Of a DNA stretch of 64,000 nucleotides, positions 45,702-55,700 are shown in pieces (within the stretch, counting starts at the first letter, position 1; every line of letters begins with the position of its first letter). The DNA is taken from the IMG/VR virus record IMGVR_UViG_3300050491_000011; one strand, given 5' to 3'. Both the position numbers and the translations under genes were made by a program. Under the pieces are notes generated by a model. That model saw nothing but the letters and a program-made list of their open reading frames with translations, was not told the origin of the DNA and searched no databases. This DNA comes from a virus (Duplodnaviria; Caudoviricetes).

Positions 45702-46799
45702 TCAGCCTGTCGTCAGTTTGAGTTTAGCGGCCTGAAGTGCCGATCGAGTCCAACGGATGCCGGCAGGCGACTTCTCAGCCAGATACAATCTGTATCCAGA
45801 TGTTGGAGTGTTCGTCAGGTTAGCATTGACGTTCGCCGAACTGTTAGCGCCGGATACGACTTGACTACCGACGATCCCTGACGCGCCGTCTTTCTTACGT
45901 CCAGCCATGGTGAGAATCACGCCATTGATCTGACCTTGGAAATTAGGCACCGATAGACCGATGTTTGCAATAGGGTTAGCGATATCTGTAGTTACGATGG
46001 GTGTCGCCAGACTGGCCGTGTCAGTGATGTCGGTATTCAGAGCTGATGTCACGTCAGCTGCACCAGTCGCTACCCATGTAGGTTGGTCAAGGTTAGCTAC
46101 TGTAATAGGAACTACCTGTTGGGGACCCAGGAAGTTATCCGCAGTACCGTCGCCAGTCTTCTCGATCAGGTACATGTCCTTGATCCACCAGCTGTAATCT
46201 AATCTCGCAAGAGTGGTGGACCCAGGGTTGTAGCACCCCATGATAAGCCGTGCAGTTCCCGCGCCGAATGCGGTTACGATGTTCGAGTCCATCACTTTAT
46301 CGGCGATAGCCACACCGTCGACACGCCGGCGAATTACGGCTGCGGGTACATCGTACTGAGCTTCAAGGTAATACTCTTTACCGGCCGTCCACCCAGGGAT
46401 ATCTCCGAATGAAAACGCTGAACCGAGGATGATGTTTGCCTGGCTCAACCCAGCGACAGTGATAGCTATCGGGTGCGGCCAATGCGTAACCAGTGTTACA
46501 ACGGCAGGACAAACCCACCGCAAACCAACCGTCACTACGGAAGACGCTGTCGGATTAAGTCCGACCTCCTGTAAGGTATTGGTAGTGTAATTGTTTTTAA
46601 CGCCCTGTGTGCTGCTGTCCGGCGCGGTGTTCTTACATTTCAACCACCCACCTTCTTTAAGGTAGGTAACCCCACCGACACCAGCTGTTGTACCTGGTTT
46701 GAAAGCAAACGGCAATGGCGGTAGCAGAACAGTAATTGCAATCTGCTCACCAGCCGGCACCGGTACGTCATCGAAACCAAAGAAATTACGAATAGCCAT
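45702..46799 (-). CDS. lectin/ConA-like tail fibre protein (L4)
   Basis: GFDD, EYYLE..YD..RRRVDG, DMY..LGP, P.G..WT. Confidence 0.7.
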   Translation of the reverse strand: MAIRNFFGFDDVPVPAGEQIAITVLLPPLPFAFKPGTTAGVGGVTYLKEGGWLKCKNTAPDSSTQGVKNNYTTNTLQEVGLNPTASSVVTVGLRWVCPAVVTLVTHWPHPIAITVAGLSQANIILGSAFSFGDIPGWTAGKEYYLEAQYDVPAAVIRRRVDGVAIADKVMDSNIVTAFGAGTARLIMGCYNPGSTTLARLDYSWWIKDMYLIEKTGDGTADNFLGPQQVVPITVANLDQPTWVATGAADVTSALNTDITDTASLATPIVTTDIANPIANIGLSVPNFQGQINGVILTMAGRKKDGASGIVGSQVVSGANSSANVNANLTNTPTSGYRLYLAEKSPAGIRWTRSALQAAKLKLTTG

Positions 46800-46809
46800 A
46801 TTGAATCCC

Positions 46810-47352
46810 TCAGCTCCAACGGATAATTGGATCGCTAAACAGAGCTGCGAATGAAGGCAGTTGTTTACCTGCCATGACTTTAGACCCTGCGGTGAAGAAG
46901 TAGCTGCCGGACTTGACCGTCAGCTCTACCATACTCGCCTCAGGATCGATTGGACCGTCCTCGACATCATTCTGGGTGAGGACCATCCCTGAACCAGCAT
47001 TGATGACTGCAAGGGCTCCGTAGATCGTTGTAGCGGAACCGAGATCGATATTGGAGAGACTAACGCTCCTACCAGCAATCGAAGCTCGGTTATACCGTAC
47101 GACCATCTGCCCCTTGTAACCCTGACCAACAATAGAGTCCAGAGTCACCTGGGTATTGAAGCGGGCATCGCCAGATGGAGTATCAACTGGCGGACCGACA
47201 GTAACCTGACGAGCCAGCAACGTGACACTGTTTTCAAGGTTGATCTGTGCGATGATACCGGCACCATCAGCAGCCAAGGGCTTCGGCGTGCTGATGGTGG
47301 TGTACATCACCCAGGCGTCAAGTGACCTGAGAGCTTGTTGTGGATTCGCCAT
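46810..47352 (-). CDS. adaptor-family virion protein (1 N-terminal repeat)
   Basis: VRYNRASI. Confidence 0.75.
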   Translation of the reverse strand: MANPQQALRSLDAWVMYTTISTPKPLAADGAGIIAQINLENSVTLLARQVTVGPPVDTPSGDARFNTQVTLDSIVGQGYKGQMVVRYNRASIAGRSVSLSNIDLGSATTIYGALAVINAGSGMVLTQNDVEDGPIDPEASMVELTVKSGSYFFTAGSKVMAGKQLPSFAALFSDPIIRWS

Positions 47353-47354
47353 GA

Positions 47355-48464
47355 CTACACCTTAGGCTTGACTTTGACTGTCAATCCAGCCAAATTAGGT
47401 TGAGTCCAGGCCTGCCCGGACGGGTTCTTGTCCGTGATGAATACCCTGTCCGTGAACGACTGAGTAACTCCGTAAGTGACATCGACATCCGATGTTTCAA
47501 CACCACCTACAGTTAGCGATACGCCAACCTTACCGATCGGAGCAGCTGTCCACTGCACACCACGAGTCTTGACGTTAACGCCGCGGATCTTGGCATTCAG
47601 TGGAATAGCCGAAGCATCGTAAGTGATTACAGCTGGCGTCAGCGCTTCGGCACTAAGCACCAGAGGTGTTGTGACGCCACTAGTAGGGTTGCTATAACCG
47701 CGTTGCATCGCAGCTAGTGTCGTACCTGAAGCTGGGTTAACCGGCGCCCATCCGTTAGCATCCACTGCGGCGATAGGCAGCTTGTTGATGTTCACAGGAC
47801 CGAGAGGCTGAGGAGTCTCACCAGCTTCCCACTCGACGTAATACATGTCACGCCACGACCAGAAGCATGGGTTGCCGGGCGAGACGCTTGAACTAACGAG
47901 TGCGCCTAGGGCTAACCAGATCTCCTGCCCAGCCGGTGTCGCTGAAACAGCCGTCTTCATGAAAGCTTCCATCGGCACAGATGGGAGTTTCTTCCCGTCT
48001 ACCCAACGGTTGATGACGTTATTCGTGAAGTCCAACTGGTGCTCAAGGTAGTACTCTTTGTTGAGAGCATATCCCGGCAGGTCAGTTTTAGCGAACACGA
48101 GTGTAGTGTTAGTACCACCAGCGTCGTAGCTGTTCATGTAGCTGAGAACTTGACTATCCGGTGATACCGACGCTACCGAATACCGGATGCCGTGGAACAG
48201 GTTCGAGGTCGGACCTATTGTTGGGATCGCTGTCTTCAAGTTACCTGCGATACGGTTGCGCCAGTTACCGTAGTTGGATTGAGTGATGGTGGTGTACACC
48301 ATCAACCAGCCAAGAGCAGTCGTCTGTGCAGTGATGTACTCGTCACCGTTAGTGGCCATGATCTCAAACATGGTGTTTGGGATTGGGCCACGACCCATGT
48401 TGGGACCACTACCGCCAATCGACGTAGTCGGCACGTCCCAACCAGACATTAAATGAATCTTCAT
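47355..48464 (-). CDS. lectin/ConA-like tail fibre protein (L3)
   Basis: EYYLEHQLD..NRWVDG, DMY..LGP, NPSGQAWT. Confidence 0.7.
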   Translation of the reverse strand: MKIHLMSGWDVPTTSIGGSGPNMGRGPIPNTMFEIMATNGDEYITAQTTALGWLMVYTTITQSNYGNWRNRIAGNLKTAIPTIGPTSNLFHGIRYSVASVSPDSQVLSYMNSYDAGGTNTTLVFAKTDLPGYALNKEYYLEHQLDFTNNVINRWVDGKKLPSVPMEAFMKTAVSATPAGQEIWLALGALVSSSVSPGNPCFWSWRDMYYVEWEAGETPQPLGPVNINKLPIAAVDANGWAPVNPASGTTLAAMQRGYSNPTSGVTTPLVLSAEALTPAVITYDASAIPLNAKIRGVNVKTRGVQWTAAPIGKVGVSLTVGGVETSDVDVTYGVTQSFTDRVFITDKNPSGQAWTQPNLAGLTVKVKPKV

Positions 48465-48476
48465 GATTGGGCTCCT

Positions 48477-49157
48477 TTACGGGAAGAGTAGCATGTCAGA
48501 CTTGAAGATACTTGCCAGCGTAGGTGTGTTGCCGACGTTAACAGTAGATCCAGGCTGGAAGATATAACTGGTAGCTGCTGCGGTAAGGGTGACCTCAACA
48601 GAACCAGCCACGATTGGATCGTTGACAAGATCCGCTGTAGTCAGCACCATGCCAGTGGCCGTGTTGATGGCTGGGATCAATGCATGTACGTTAGCTGCCG
48701 AACCAATAACGATGTTGGCGATGTTACCTGCACTGGACAACTTACTCATTGGAGAGCGGTTGTAGTACCAGTACATGCTACCGCCCAGCAGCGAGGCTGG
48801 GAGCGCCGTCAGCAACGCCTTGGTGTCAAAGCCTGGCTCTGTACTAACTTCTACAGGACCGAGCGTAAACTGCGACGCAGGACGTACAGACTTAGACTTC
48901 TGAAGGATCAGAGTCATCAACGCTGTAGGGCCGTTAGCCCCAACCGGCAACTTAGCGAATGGCACCATCGCGTATCCGCCTAGCTGACGGAGAGCAACGG
49001 TGTTAGCTTGGGCCGCCATGGCGTAGCCACTAAGCTGACGCAAAGCGACCGGGTTGGGTGGTGCGATCAGGCCGTAAGCCTGAATGGTAGCCACCTTAGC
49101 TCCCATCGCCGGACGCGTCAGGGCGTAACCCTGAAGTGTGGAAACGTTAACAGACAT
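48477..49157 (-). CDS. adaptor-family virion protein with 4 N-terminal repeats
   Basis: WYYNRSPM; TLQGYAL, TIQAYGL, QLSGYAM, QLGGYAM. Confidence 0.75.
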   Translation of the reverse strand: MSVNVSTLQGYALTRPAMGAKVATIQAYGLIAPPNPVALRQLSGYAMAAQANTVALRQLGGYAMVPFAKLPVGANGPTALMTLILQKSKSVRPASQFTLGPVEVSTEPGFDTKALLTALPASLLGGSMYWYYNRSPMSKLSSAGNIANIVIGSAANVHALIPAINTATGMVLTTADLVNDPIVAGSVEVTLTAAATSYIFQPGSTVNVGNTPTLASIFKSDMLLFP

Positions 49158-49167
49158 GGACTACTCC

Positions 49168-50136
49168 CTACGCATCAGGCGATAAGATGAAATCCGTGGC
49201 GTCAATACTCGCAGCGTCCCACGTCCCACCGGCTGGGTTCTTATGGAATACGCCGGCGCTAGCATTATAGCCGTACGCACCAGAAGGACCAACCATCGGG
49301 AGACCGGCAACCTCATTGGCGCCGTTCTTGATCTTGGTCGCGCAGGTAACCGTACCGGCACCGTTCGAACTAAGACCAGCTACCACCTCAATGGCGGCGA
49401 CGACGGTTCCTACTGGTATCGTGGCTTTCAAGCTAGCCGCCAATGGACCTTTGGTGGTGGTGTTAGATGTCGCGATCTTGGCAGTTGGTACTGTGCCTGC
49501 TTCATAGATCGCGGTAGCCAACGCCGTTCCACCCGGAGTAGTGGTCCAATCAGAACCGGTAGCGGAATCGATGCTAATCGGAATAACGGACTGCGCGCCC
49601 AGCGGTCCAACCGGCAGACCTTGCGAGGCCCCCTGGTCGTCGCAGATGTAGAAGTCCCGGTAATCGAAACGGCCATTCAGACTACCTTTGGCTTCAAGAC
49701 CAAAGGTCATGCTACGACCGCCGGCGGCGGCGGCGTTACCGATCGACACACCGTTGACCCAACGCTCTACCACACCTGTATTCACGTCGTACGAGAATTC
49801 GATGTAAACTGTGTTACCGCTAGCCGGGAGAGTGTAGTCCAAAAGGACGTAGCTTGTGCCGAAGTAAACGATACCAGCGCCGCCGTTGACGTTGGTTACG
49901 ATACGGCAGCGATAACCTATCCAGATCTTATTGACAGGTGCTTCAAGATACTTGTCTAATGGAATGCTGACGCGTTCGGCGCCAGCGGCTTGCGACTGAC
50001 TTACGAGCCATCCGTTGACAATCGTATTCTGCAACGATAAGTCTTGGTTACGCGTTATTCCGTGAGTGGCGTAGTTAGCCCAGTTCACGTCATTCTGCGG
50101 CAAGTGCTCGAAGCCTATAACTGCTCTAATTGCCAT
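49168..50136 (-). CDS. lectin/ConA-like tail fibre protein (L2)
   Basis: GFE, YIEFSYD..RWVNG, DFY..LG, NPAGGTW. Confidence 0.7.
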   Translation of the reverse strand: MAIRAVIGFEHLPQNDVNWANYATHGITRNQDLSLQNTIVNGWLVSQSQAAGAERVSIPLDKYLEAPVNKIWIGYRCRIVTNVNGGAGIVYFGTSYVLLDYTLPASGNTVYIEFSYDVNTGVVERWVNGVSIGNAAAAGGRSMTFGLEAKGSLNGRFDYRDFYICDDQGASQGLPVGPLGAQSVIPISIDSATGSDWTTTPGGTALATAIYEAGTVPTAKIATSNTTTKGPLAASLKATIPVGTVVAAIEVVAGLSSNGAGTVTCATKIKNGANEVAGLPMVGPSGAYGYNASAGVFHKNPAGGTWDAASIDATDFILSPDA

Positions 50137-50153
50137 GATTATAAAACCTCTTA

Positions 50154-51200
50154 TCAGACACTGGTGTCAGGTGTCAGTTTGACGGCTGTGGCGTCGAGCT
50201 TGGCTAAGGTCCACGTAGCTCCATCAGGCGCTTTAGTCAGCAGACTGATCTGAGATACAGCCTGTGCAGCCGCCGGCGAGGTAAGGAATTTAGCTGCAAG
50301 CGTCGTTCCACCTTGCGTGACTTCGACTTTGCTACTAGATCCCGCATCGCCAAGACTACGACCGGTGAGTGAAAGTTTTACAGCACTGATGCGTGCTCCA
50401 GTCGGGATTGAGTGCTTCAGGCTCGTAACCAACGGAGTCTTATCTGTCGCAGACGTCACCGCGTTTGCAGCTGGGAGAGGTGCGTTCAATGTATCCATGA
50501 TCGAACCGCCACCTGCTGCTACCCACCCTGCACCATCAGCAGCATCTAGTGTAACAGGATACATACGCTGAGAACCGAGTGGTCCAGTCATGCCATCGCC
50601 AGCGATGTCATCCAGAACGTAGATGTCCCGGATAGCGTAGCGTCCACCGTTGACCGTGCCGAGTCTGAACATCAGGCACCCAGTACCAGCCACGAATGCA
50701 GCCTTACTACCTGCCGACATCGCAGGAGCTGTATAGTTGGCGATAGCGACACCGTTGATCCATGTAGCCACAACACCGGTCACGAAGTCGTACGTATGCT
50801 CTACGTAATACTCAGTGCCAATGCCAGTGAGCCACGGAGCACCGGCAGAACCGGCTAGATACATGTAGCAGGTCAGATCGTTCGGTGTCGTATCGGCAGT
50901 AAGATGGCAGATGGAATGTCCACTTGCGTACGCAACCAACGTCTTGATACGATAGCCGATGGTCAGCTTGTTAGGATTGTTTGGAACCAATCCATTCAGG
51001 AAGATCGGAACCATTTGGTCCTGACCGTTAGACAGAGCCGAGATCCAACCATCCTGGTCGATCGCGCAGCGGGCGATGTTCGTTCCCTGACCGGCGCCCG
51101 GAATACCGGACAGCGTCCACCAATCAGGGAATGCTGGAGTAGCAACCGCCGGGTTGGTGGTCTTCAAGGCATTATCTGTACCGAAGATTGCACGAAGCAT
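50154..51200 (-). CDS. lectin/ConA-like tail fibre protein (L1)
   Basis: EYYVEHTYD..WING, DIY..LG, PDGATWT. Confidence 0.7.
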   Translation of the reverse strand: MLRAIFGTDNALKTTNPAVATPAFPDWWTLSGIPGAGQGTNIARCAIDQDGWISALSNGQDQMVPIFLNGLVPNNPNKLTIGYRIKTLVAYASGHSICHLTADTTPNDLTCYMYLAGSAGAPWLTGIGTEYYVEHTYDFVTGVVATWINGVAIANYTAPAMSAGSKAAFVAGTGCLMFRLGTVNGGRYAIRDIYVLDDIAGDGMTGPLGSQRMYPVTLDAADGAGWVAAGGGSIMDTLNAPLPAANAVTSATDKTPLVTSLKHSIPTGARISAVKLSLTGRSLGDAGSSSKVEVTQGGTTLAAKFLTSPAAAQAVSQISLLTKAPDGATWTLAKLDATAVKLTPDTSV

Positions 51201-51204
51201 GATA

Positions 51205-51582
51205 TTACTCCTCGCTAGCGGCTGGTTCAGCAGACTCTTCTACAGCCGGATCATTCCAGCAGAGGTACAGGCGCCCGCATGGCGCCACAGAGCCCTCTGG
51301 GAACTTCACACAGAGCGCGTACTTGAAGATGCTGAAGGTAGGCAGGCTATGGTCGTTAAGCCCGTTATAGAGGACCTCAACGCCGAACGTCGAGTACTCA
51401 CGCAAGTCAGCCTGAGCGTTCCATTTACTGCGATCTTCTTCGGGACCGTAGTTAGCCAGAACGCTGGAGAGGAGTTGCATGTTGCGAATGTCGCACTGAC
51501 CCAGCTGTATCCCCGCCAGCAGCTCACCCATTTCAGTGAAGTCAGCACGCAGCAGGTAATTTGGCCAATCGTTCATTTTCAA
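51205..51582 (-). CDS. stand-alone C-terminal domain of the long adaptor-family proteins
   Basis: YLLRADFTE start; LYLCWNDP end resembles LHYNDP. Confidence 0.6.
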   Translation of the reverse strand: MKMNDWPNYLLRADFTEMGELLAGIQLGQCDIRNMQLLSSVLANYGPEEDRSKWNAQADLREYSTFGVEVLYNGLNDHSLPTFSIFKYALCVKFPEGSVAPCGRLYLCWNDPAVEESAEPAASEE

Positions 51583-51594
51583 ATTCCCAATTAA

Positions 51595-52089
51595 TTAGAA
51601 GGCCTGCAACGTGTTACCGTTGAATGCAGTGGCGATGTCAGGATAGCCGCCGAACTTCAGAGTAGCGGAGCCTGTCCAACCGAGATGGTTAGGACCAACC
51701 TCAATCTTGACGTTAACCTTACCGTCTGCGGTAAAGCTCGGGTTATCAACCAACTCACTCACAAGGAATGGAACTCGAGTGTAGGCGAAGACGATAGGAA
51801 CCCACGTCGCTACTGGAGCTGCGTCTGGACAGACGCAGAGATTGAGGTTGAAGTTCTCCAGCGGTTGCAGTGGAATGCGATCGTAGAAGACCGTCGTGAA
51901 ACCAACCGTCTTGGTGGACGCTGGAGCTGAGTTCACTTGAATGGCAGTGTTCTTGCCGTACTTGGTAACCTCCGCGCCTGTCGCTGCACGAGGAGTACCG
52001 AAGACAACGTCGGCTTCTACAAGCGATAGACCAGAAGCTACGTTGATCATCGCGACAAGGTCAGCCGCACTAGATACGAAAATAGTCAT
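51595..52089 (-). CDS. adaptor-family virion protein (short)
   Basis: VFYDRIPL. Confidence 0.75.
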   Translation of the reverse strand: MTIFVSSAADLVAMINVASGLSLVEADVVFGTPRAATGAEVTKYGKNTAIQVNSAPASTKTVGFTTVFYDRIPLQPLENFNLNLCVCPDAAPVATWVPIVFAYTRVPFLVSELVDNPSFTADGKVNVKIEVGPNHLGWTGSATLKFGGYPDIATAFNGNTLQAF

Positions 52090-52097
52090 GGCGGACC

Positions 52098-52997
52098 CTA
52101 TACTTTATATTGAAGGACACACCGGCCGGTAAACCAGCTATCGGCACTGGATTGGATAAGCACAACCGTGTTGTACTTGACGGAGTCGGCTTCTGGCACG
52201 TTGGCATTAGGTAGCGTGTAACGATACCACTGAATGTTCGCAGTGCCGCCGGGCGTATTGGCGTTACCAATATTCCACCCGGTTTGGCCGGAGTTAGCAT
52301 TCAGCCAATCGCAGATCTGCTGAAGCCCGGCGTTAGCGCCGCCTGGTGGAACCCATGCACTTGGGATGGTTTGCAAGATCGTTTTGATCTCGGTAGCATC
52401 CTGAGTGATAGTCATGAACTCGCCTGTTGGTTTACGCCCAACGGAGAAGTCGTTACCGCCTGGATATAGGCGTCCAACCAGTCCACGGTTCGCATCGGTA
52501 ATCAGGTCAGTGATCGGACGCTTACCGAGAGTCCATGCGACAGTGAAAGTACCTTTATAACACAAACTAGCGGCGAGGATAGTTTGCGTTGTGTTGTTAC
52601 CGGTCACAATAATCGGACTACCGTTGATATCAGCAGCTACTAAGCTGACACCGTACTTTGCCGTATAAGCCGGAAGCCAAACCGAAAGAGGTATTGTAGA
52701 TCCACTGTACCAGATATCCAATCTCTGAGTAGTGTTCTTAAATAGCTTAGTCAGGTCGATACGACGATACTTGACAGTGACCTTACCGATACCACCGGAA
52801 GCGGCTGTCGGCGTAACCAGAATGCTGGTGTCATTCTTGAACGGGTCAGCGCCATCCACCGTAATGGCGGTTGGGGTTCCGAACGTCACAGAGCCGATCG
52901 GATATACATCTTTGAAGCCGGGGTTACTTTTCTCAATCAGATCGTAGATCATCTCTGATTGAGGTTTACGGTAATCTGTAGGGACCGCAGTAGCCAT
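52098..52997 (-). CDS. adaptor-family virion protein (long)
   Basis: GGAGA RBS before ATG 52997 (track start 53051); VKYRRIDL. Confidence 0.75.
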   Translation of the reverse strand: MATAVPTDYRKPQSEMIYDLIEKSNPGFKDVYPIGSVTFGTPTAITVDGADPFKNDTSILVTPTAASGGIGKVTVKYRRIDLTKLFKNTTQRLDIWYSGSTIPLSVWLPAYTAKYGVSLVAADINGSPIIVTGNNTTQTILAASLCYKGTFTVAWTLGKRPITDLITDANRGLVGRLYPGGNDFSVGRKPTGEFMTITQDATEIKTILQTIPSAWVPPGGANAGLQQICDWLNANSGQTGWNIGNANTPGGTANIQWYRYTLPNANVPEADSVKYNTVVLIQSSADSWFTGRCVLQYKV

Positions 52998-53051
52998 GAG
53001 TATTCTCCCAATGGAAGTAGCAGACGGGTGTTGCCACCCGTCTGCATCCAC

Positions 53052-53930
53052 TTATGTCGCGTTCGGATCGAACGGATCGTTGTAGTGGAGATACATGACA
53101 CCGGCTGGCGTGAGTACCGCTGGATCAAGCTGCAACGCCAGTACGTACTTGTACGCAGGGTTGGTTGGAAGCGAGACGGAGTTCAGACCGTTGCTAACAA
53201 CTGTTGCACCGGACACGTTCCAAGCAGTACCGCCCGGAGTGTTGGTCCACAGCGCTTTACCAGCCGAGATGTCAACAGCCTTGAGCATGGTGACCAATGC
53301 ATCAGCTTGAGTGCTGTTGATGACGCCAGGAGTCAGCGTCTGCACCTGAGTGAAGTACGACGTGAAGTCGTATCCGTACAGATACAGTTGACCGTAGGTA
53401 TCACTATCCAACGCGGTCGGGTAGTTAAGGCCCGGCAGCGAGGTAACTTGAACCATCTCGTTGATCGGCGCAGAACCTTTCTTAACGATCACGCTGACGT
53501 TACCGATCCAACCGATCGAACCCGGCTTAGCGGACAGGATCGCTGTCCACGTATTGTCGCCGTTATCCGTCAGTGGGTTATCGATGAGGTCATCGGTGGT
53601 GAAGTGAATGCCGGTCCAGTAAGCGATCATTGGAATCAGATCGTGTACCGAATCTTTGTTATACGCAGAGATCCGGAAACCCGGAATATGCGCGGCGGTG
53701 AGTTCGTTCAACTTCAAGCGATCGAACGTCAGCACTTTGGTGCCTTGGTACTGCCCGCCCGGTTTGGCCGTAAGGCGCAGAGCGGTGTTGTGGGTGGTGA
53801 CTTGACCTTGCCAAGTACCTTCTACAACTTGCGGTGTACCAATGACAACGTCTGCTATCGTGAACGCCGTCGAGTTGGCGGTATTGATGGCCGCCAAGAA
53901 ATCGTCGACTGACAGATTCATGTAAGACAT
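53052..53930 (-). CDS. adaptor-family virion protein (long)
   Basis: LTFDRLKL ... YLHYNDP. Confidence 0.8.
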   Translation of the reverse strand: MSYMNLSVDDFLAAINTANSTAFTIADVVIGTPQVVEGTWQGQVTTHNTALRLTAKPGGQYQGTKVLTFDRLKLNELTAAHIPGFRISAYNKDSVHDLIPMIAYWTGIHFTTDDLIDNPLTDNGDNTWTAILSAKPGSIGWIGNVSVIVKKGSAPINEMVQVTSLPGLNYPTALDSDTYGQLYLYGYDFTSYFTQVQTLTPGVINSTQADALVTMLKAVDISAGKALWTNTPGGTAWNVSGATVVSNGLNSVSLPTNPAYKYVLALQLDPAVLTPAGVMYLHYNDPFDPNAT

Positions 53931-53941
53931 TGTTTCTATCC

Positions 53942-54883
53942 TCAGACGTTGAAGTGGACGTAGTTCCGACCAGGGCCGAAGTCAGCCAGCATGGACTCAG
54001 GAGTTTCCCACGTCAACAGGCGGTTGAAGTATTCAGAGTTCGCCTCTGGGTACTTCGTCGATGGAAGAGTGACGACTTCGAAGACGTTGTTCGGTACGCC
54101 GTTCCATGCAGCGTTGATCGGGAAGGCCGTACCCAAATCGGCGTTGAGCTGACCGAACACGAAGTTGAGGAACTGTGCCGAGAGTGGGTAGTTCCCGAAC
54201 ACAACGAAGCTGTTTGGGTAACCACTCCATGGGTTAGTGGCCAGACGCCCACTCCAATCGTACGCGTACGCGGCGTTACTCATGATCGGACGACGCTCAC
54301 CAGTGAAGTCGTTACCGCCTGGGTACATACGTGCATTCAGGTCAGTCACGGTGATCATGGAGCTGAGGTCTTGTGGAGCACCTTTCCACTTCAGCGCGAA
54401 CGACCCGGTGTACGCCAAGCTTGTAGCCTTGGTAGCCACGGTAACGGTACGGGTATAGAAGCCATCTTCCAGAGTCGAGCCACGGGTGATGTTCTGATCC
54501 ACCACGTCGTCTTGAGTCAGGTTGATACCGTACTTCGCATTGATCAGCGGAAGCAGACTGTACACCGAGAACACAACTGCACCAGCGCCAGCAGCGGCAC
54601 CTTGGTTAGCCGAGTAGCGTTCGATCTGGATCGTGATACTGCGGAACAAGACAGCCATGTCGCGACGGCGATAGTTAACTTCCTTACGACCGATGAAATC
54701 GGCGTTGGGGAGCGAGTTCAGCATGATCTTGGTGTTCATTGCCGAGTTGCCTGGAACAGTAGCTGGCGCAGGCACCCCCAGAAGAACGTTGGTCTTCGTC
54801 ACTGGAATCCAATCAGGACCAGCGTTTGCCAAGTTGATAAGGTCATAAACCTCATCGATAGGCGGTTTGCTAAAAATAGGCAT
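53942..54883 (-). CDS. adaptor-family virion protein (long)
   Basis: VNYRRRDM ... YVHFN; close to 52098 paralog (LYPGGNDF). Confidence 0.8.
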   Translation of the reverse strand: MPIFSKPPIDEVYDLINLANAGPDWIPVTKTNVLLGVPAPATVPGNSAMNTKIMLNSLPNADFIGRKEVNYRRRDMAVLFRSITIQIERYSANQGAAAGAGAVVFSVYSLLPLINAKYGINLTQDDVVDQNITRGSTLEDGFYTRTVTVATKATSLAYTGSFALKWKGAPQDLSSMITVTDLNARMYPGGNDFTGERRPIMSNAAYAYDWSGRLATNPWSGYPNSFVVFGNYPLSAQFLNFVFGQLNADLGTAFPINAAWNGVPNNVFEVVTLPSTKYPEANSEYFNRLLTWETPESMLADFGPGRNYVHFNV

Positions 54884-54888
54884 CTTGA

Positions 54889-55689
54889 TTAAGCCTCTTC
54901 GAGGATGTTGTAGTGAAGATACATCGGCCCGATCAGCTGGTCGCTGTAGAAGCCAGCCTGAACAACCACGCGGTCAAAGGCAGGGTTACTATCTTCGATA
55001 GCCGAGGTCGGATAGTCGGCAATATAACCTTCAGCCCAACCGGGAATACCCAGATACGAGCAGGCGTTCTGAAGAGCAGCCCAATCGGTGTAACGCGCCC
55101 CAGGATTTGTAGGCTTGATCGCATCACGAAGACTGGTGAAGTCAACATCCCACGTAACCATCCGAGCGGACATCTTCGAATTCACCGGGTCCGGGTGGTT
55201 ACGGACTGGGAGGATCTTGATGCCAACGATGCTATCAAGCAAGGACTTGGCGTGGGTGATGTTGATTACCGCTGAGCCGATGAAGCCACGACTGGTTGCC
55301 CGCGCGGTCAAGGTCAGTGTGTCAGCCTCGCCATTGGCCGGATTAGGCGGCGTAAACGGTACGAAGTCATCAACGGTAAGGAATAGGCCGAACGCGCCGT
55401 TAATCAGCGATACGATGCTTTCCTGCGTGAACACTTCTTCACTACGAACGTCCGCATCCTGAATGATGTCGCCAAGCACCAGACGTTTGTAATAGATGTC
55501 GACTTCGTTGTAGTAACCACGCCCCGGAACCGACTTCACAGTCAGCTTGGTATTCGCAGTTTCCGTATCAACGACTTCGAGGTCTATCAGGCTGACGTTC
55601 ATTTCAGTGAACGTCTTCGGCGGCACGTTGAGGATGTTTAGTTCCTCAATGATTTTACTGGTAGCAGACGGAACTGGAGGAACGGCCAT
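54889..55689 (-). CDS. adaptor-family virion protein (long)
   Basis: IYYKRLVL ... YLHYN. Confidence 0.8.
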   Translation of the reverse strand: MAVPPVPSATSKIIEELNILNVPPKTFTEMNVSLIDLEVVDTETANTKLTVKSVPGRGYYNEVDIYYKRLVLGDIIQDADVRSEEVFTQESIVSLINGAFGLFLTVDDFVPFTPPNPANGEADTLTLTARATSRGFIGSAVINITHAKSLLDSIVGIKILPVRNHPDPVNSKMSARMVTWDVDFTSLRDAIKPTNPGARYTDWAALQNACSYLGIPGWAEGYIADYPTSAIEDSNPAFDRVVVQAGFYSDQLIGPMYLHYNILEEA

Positions 55690-55700
55690 GACTACACCTC

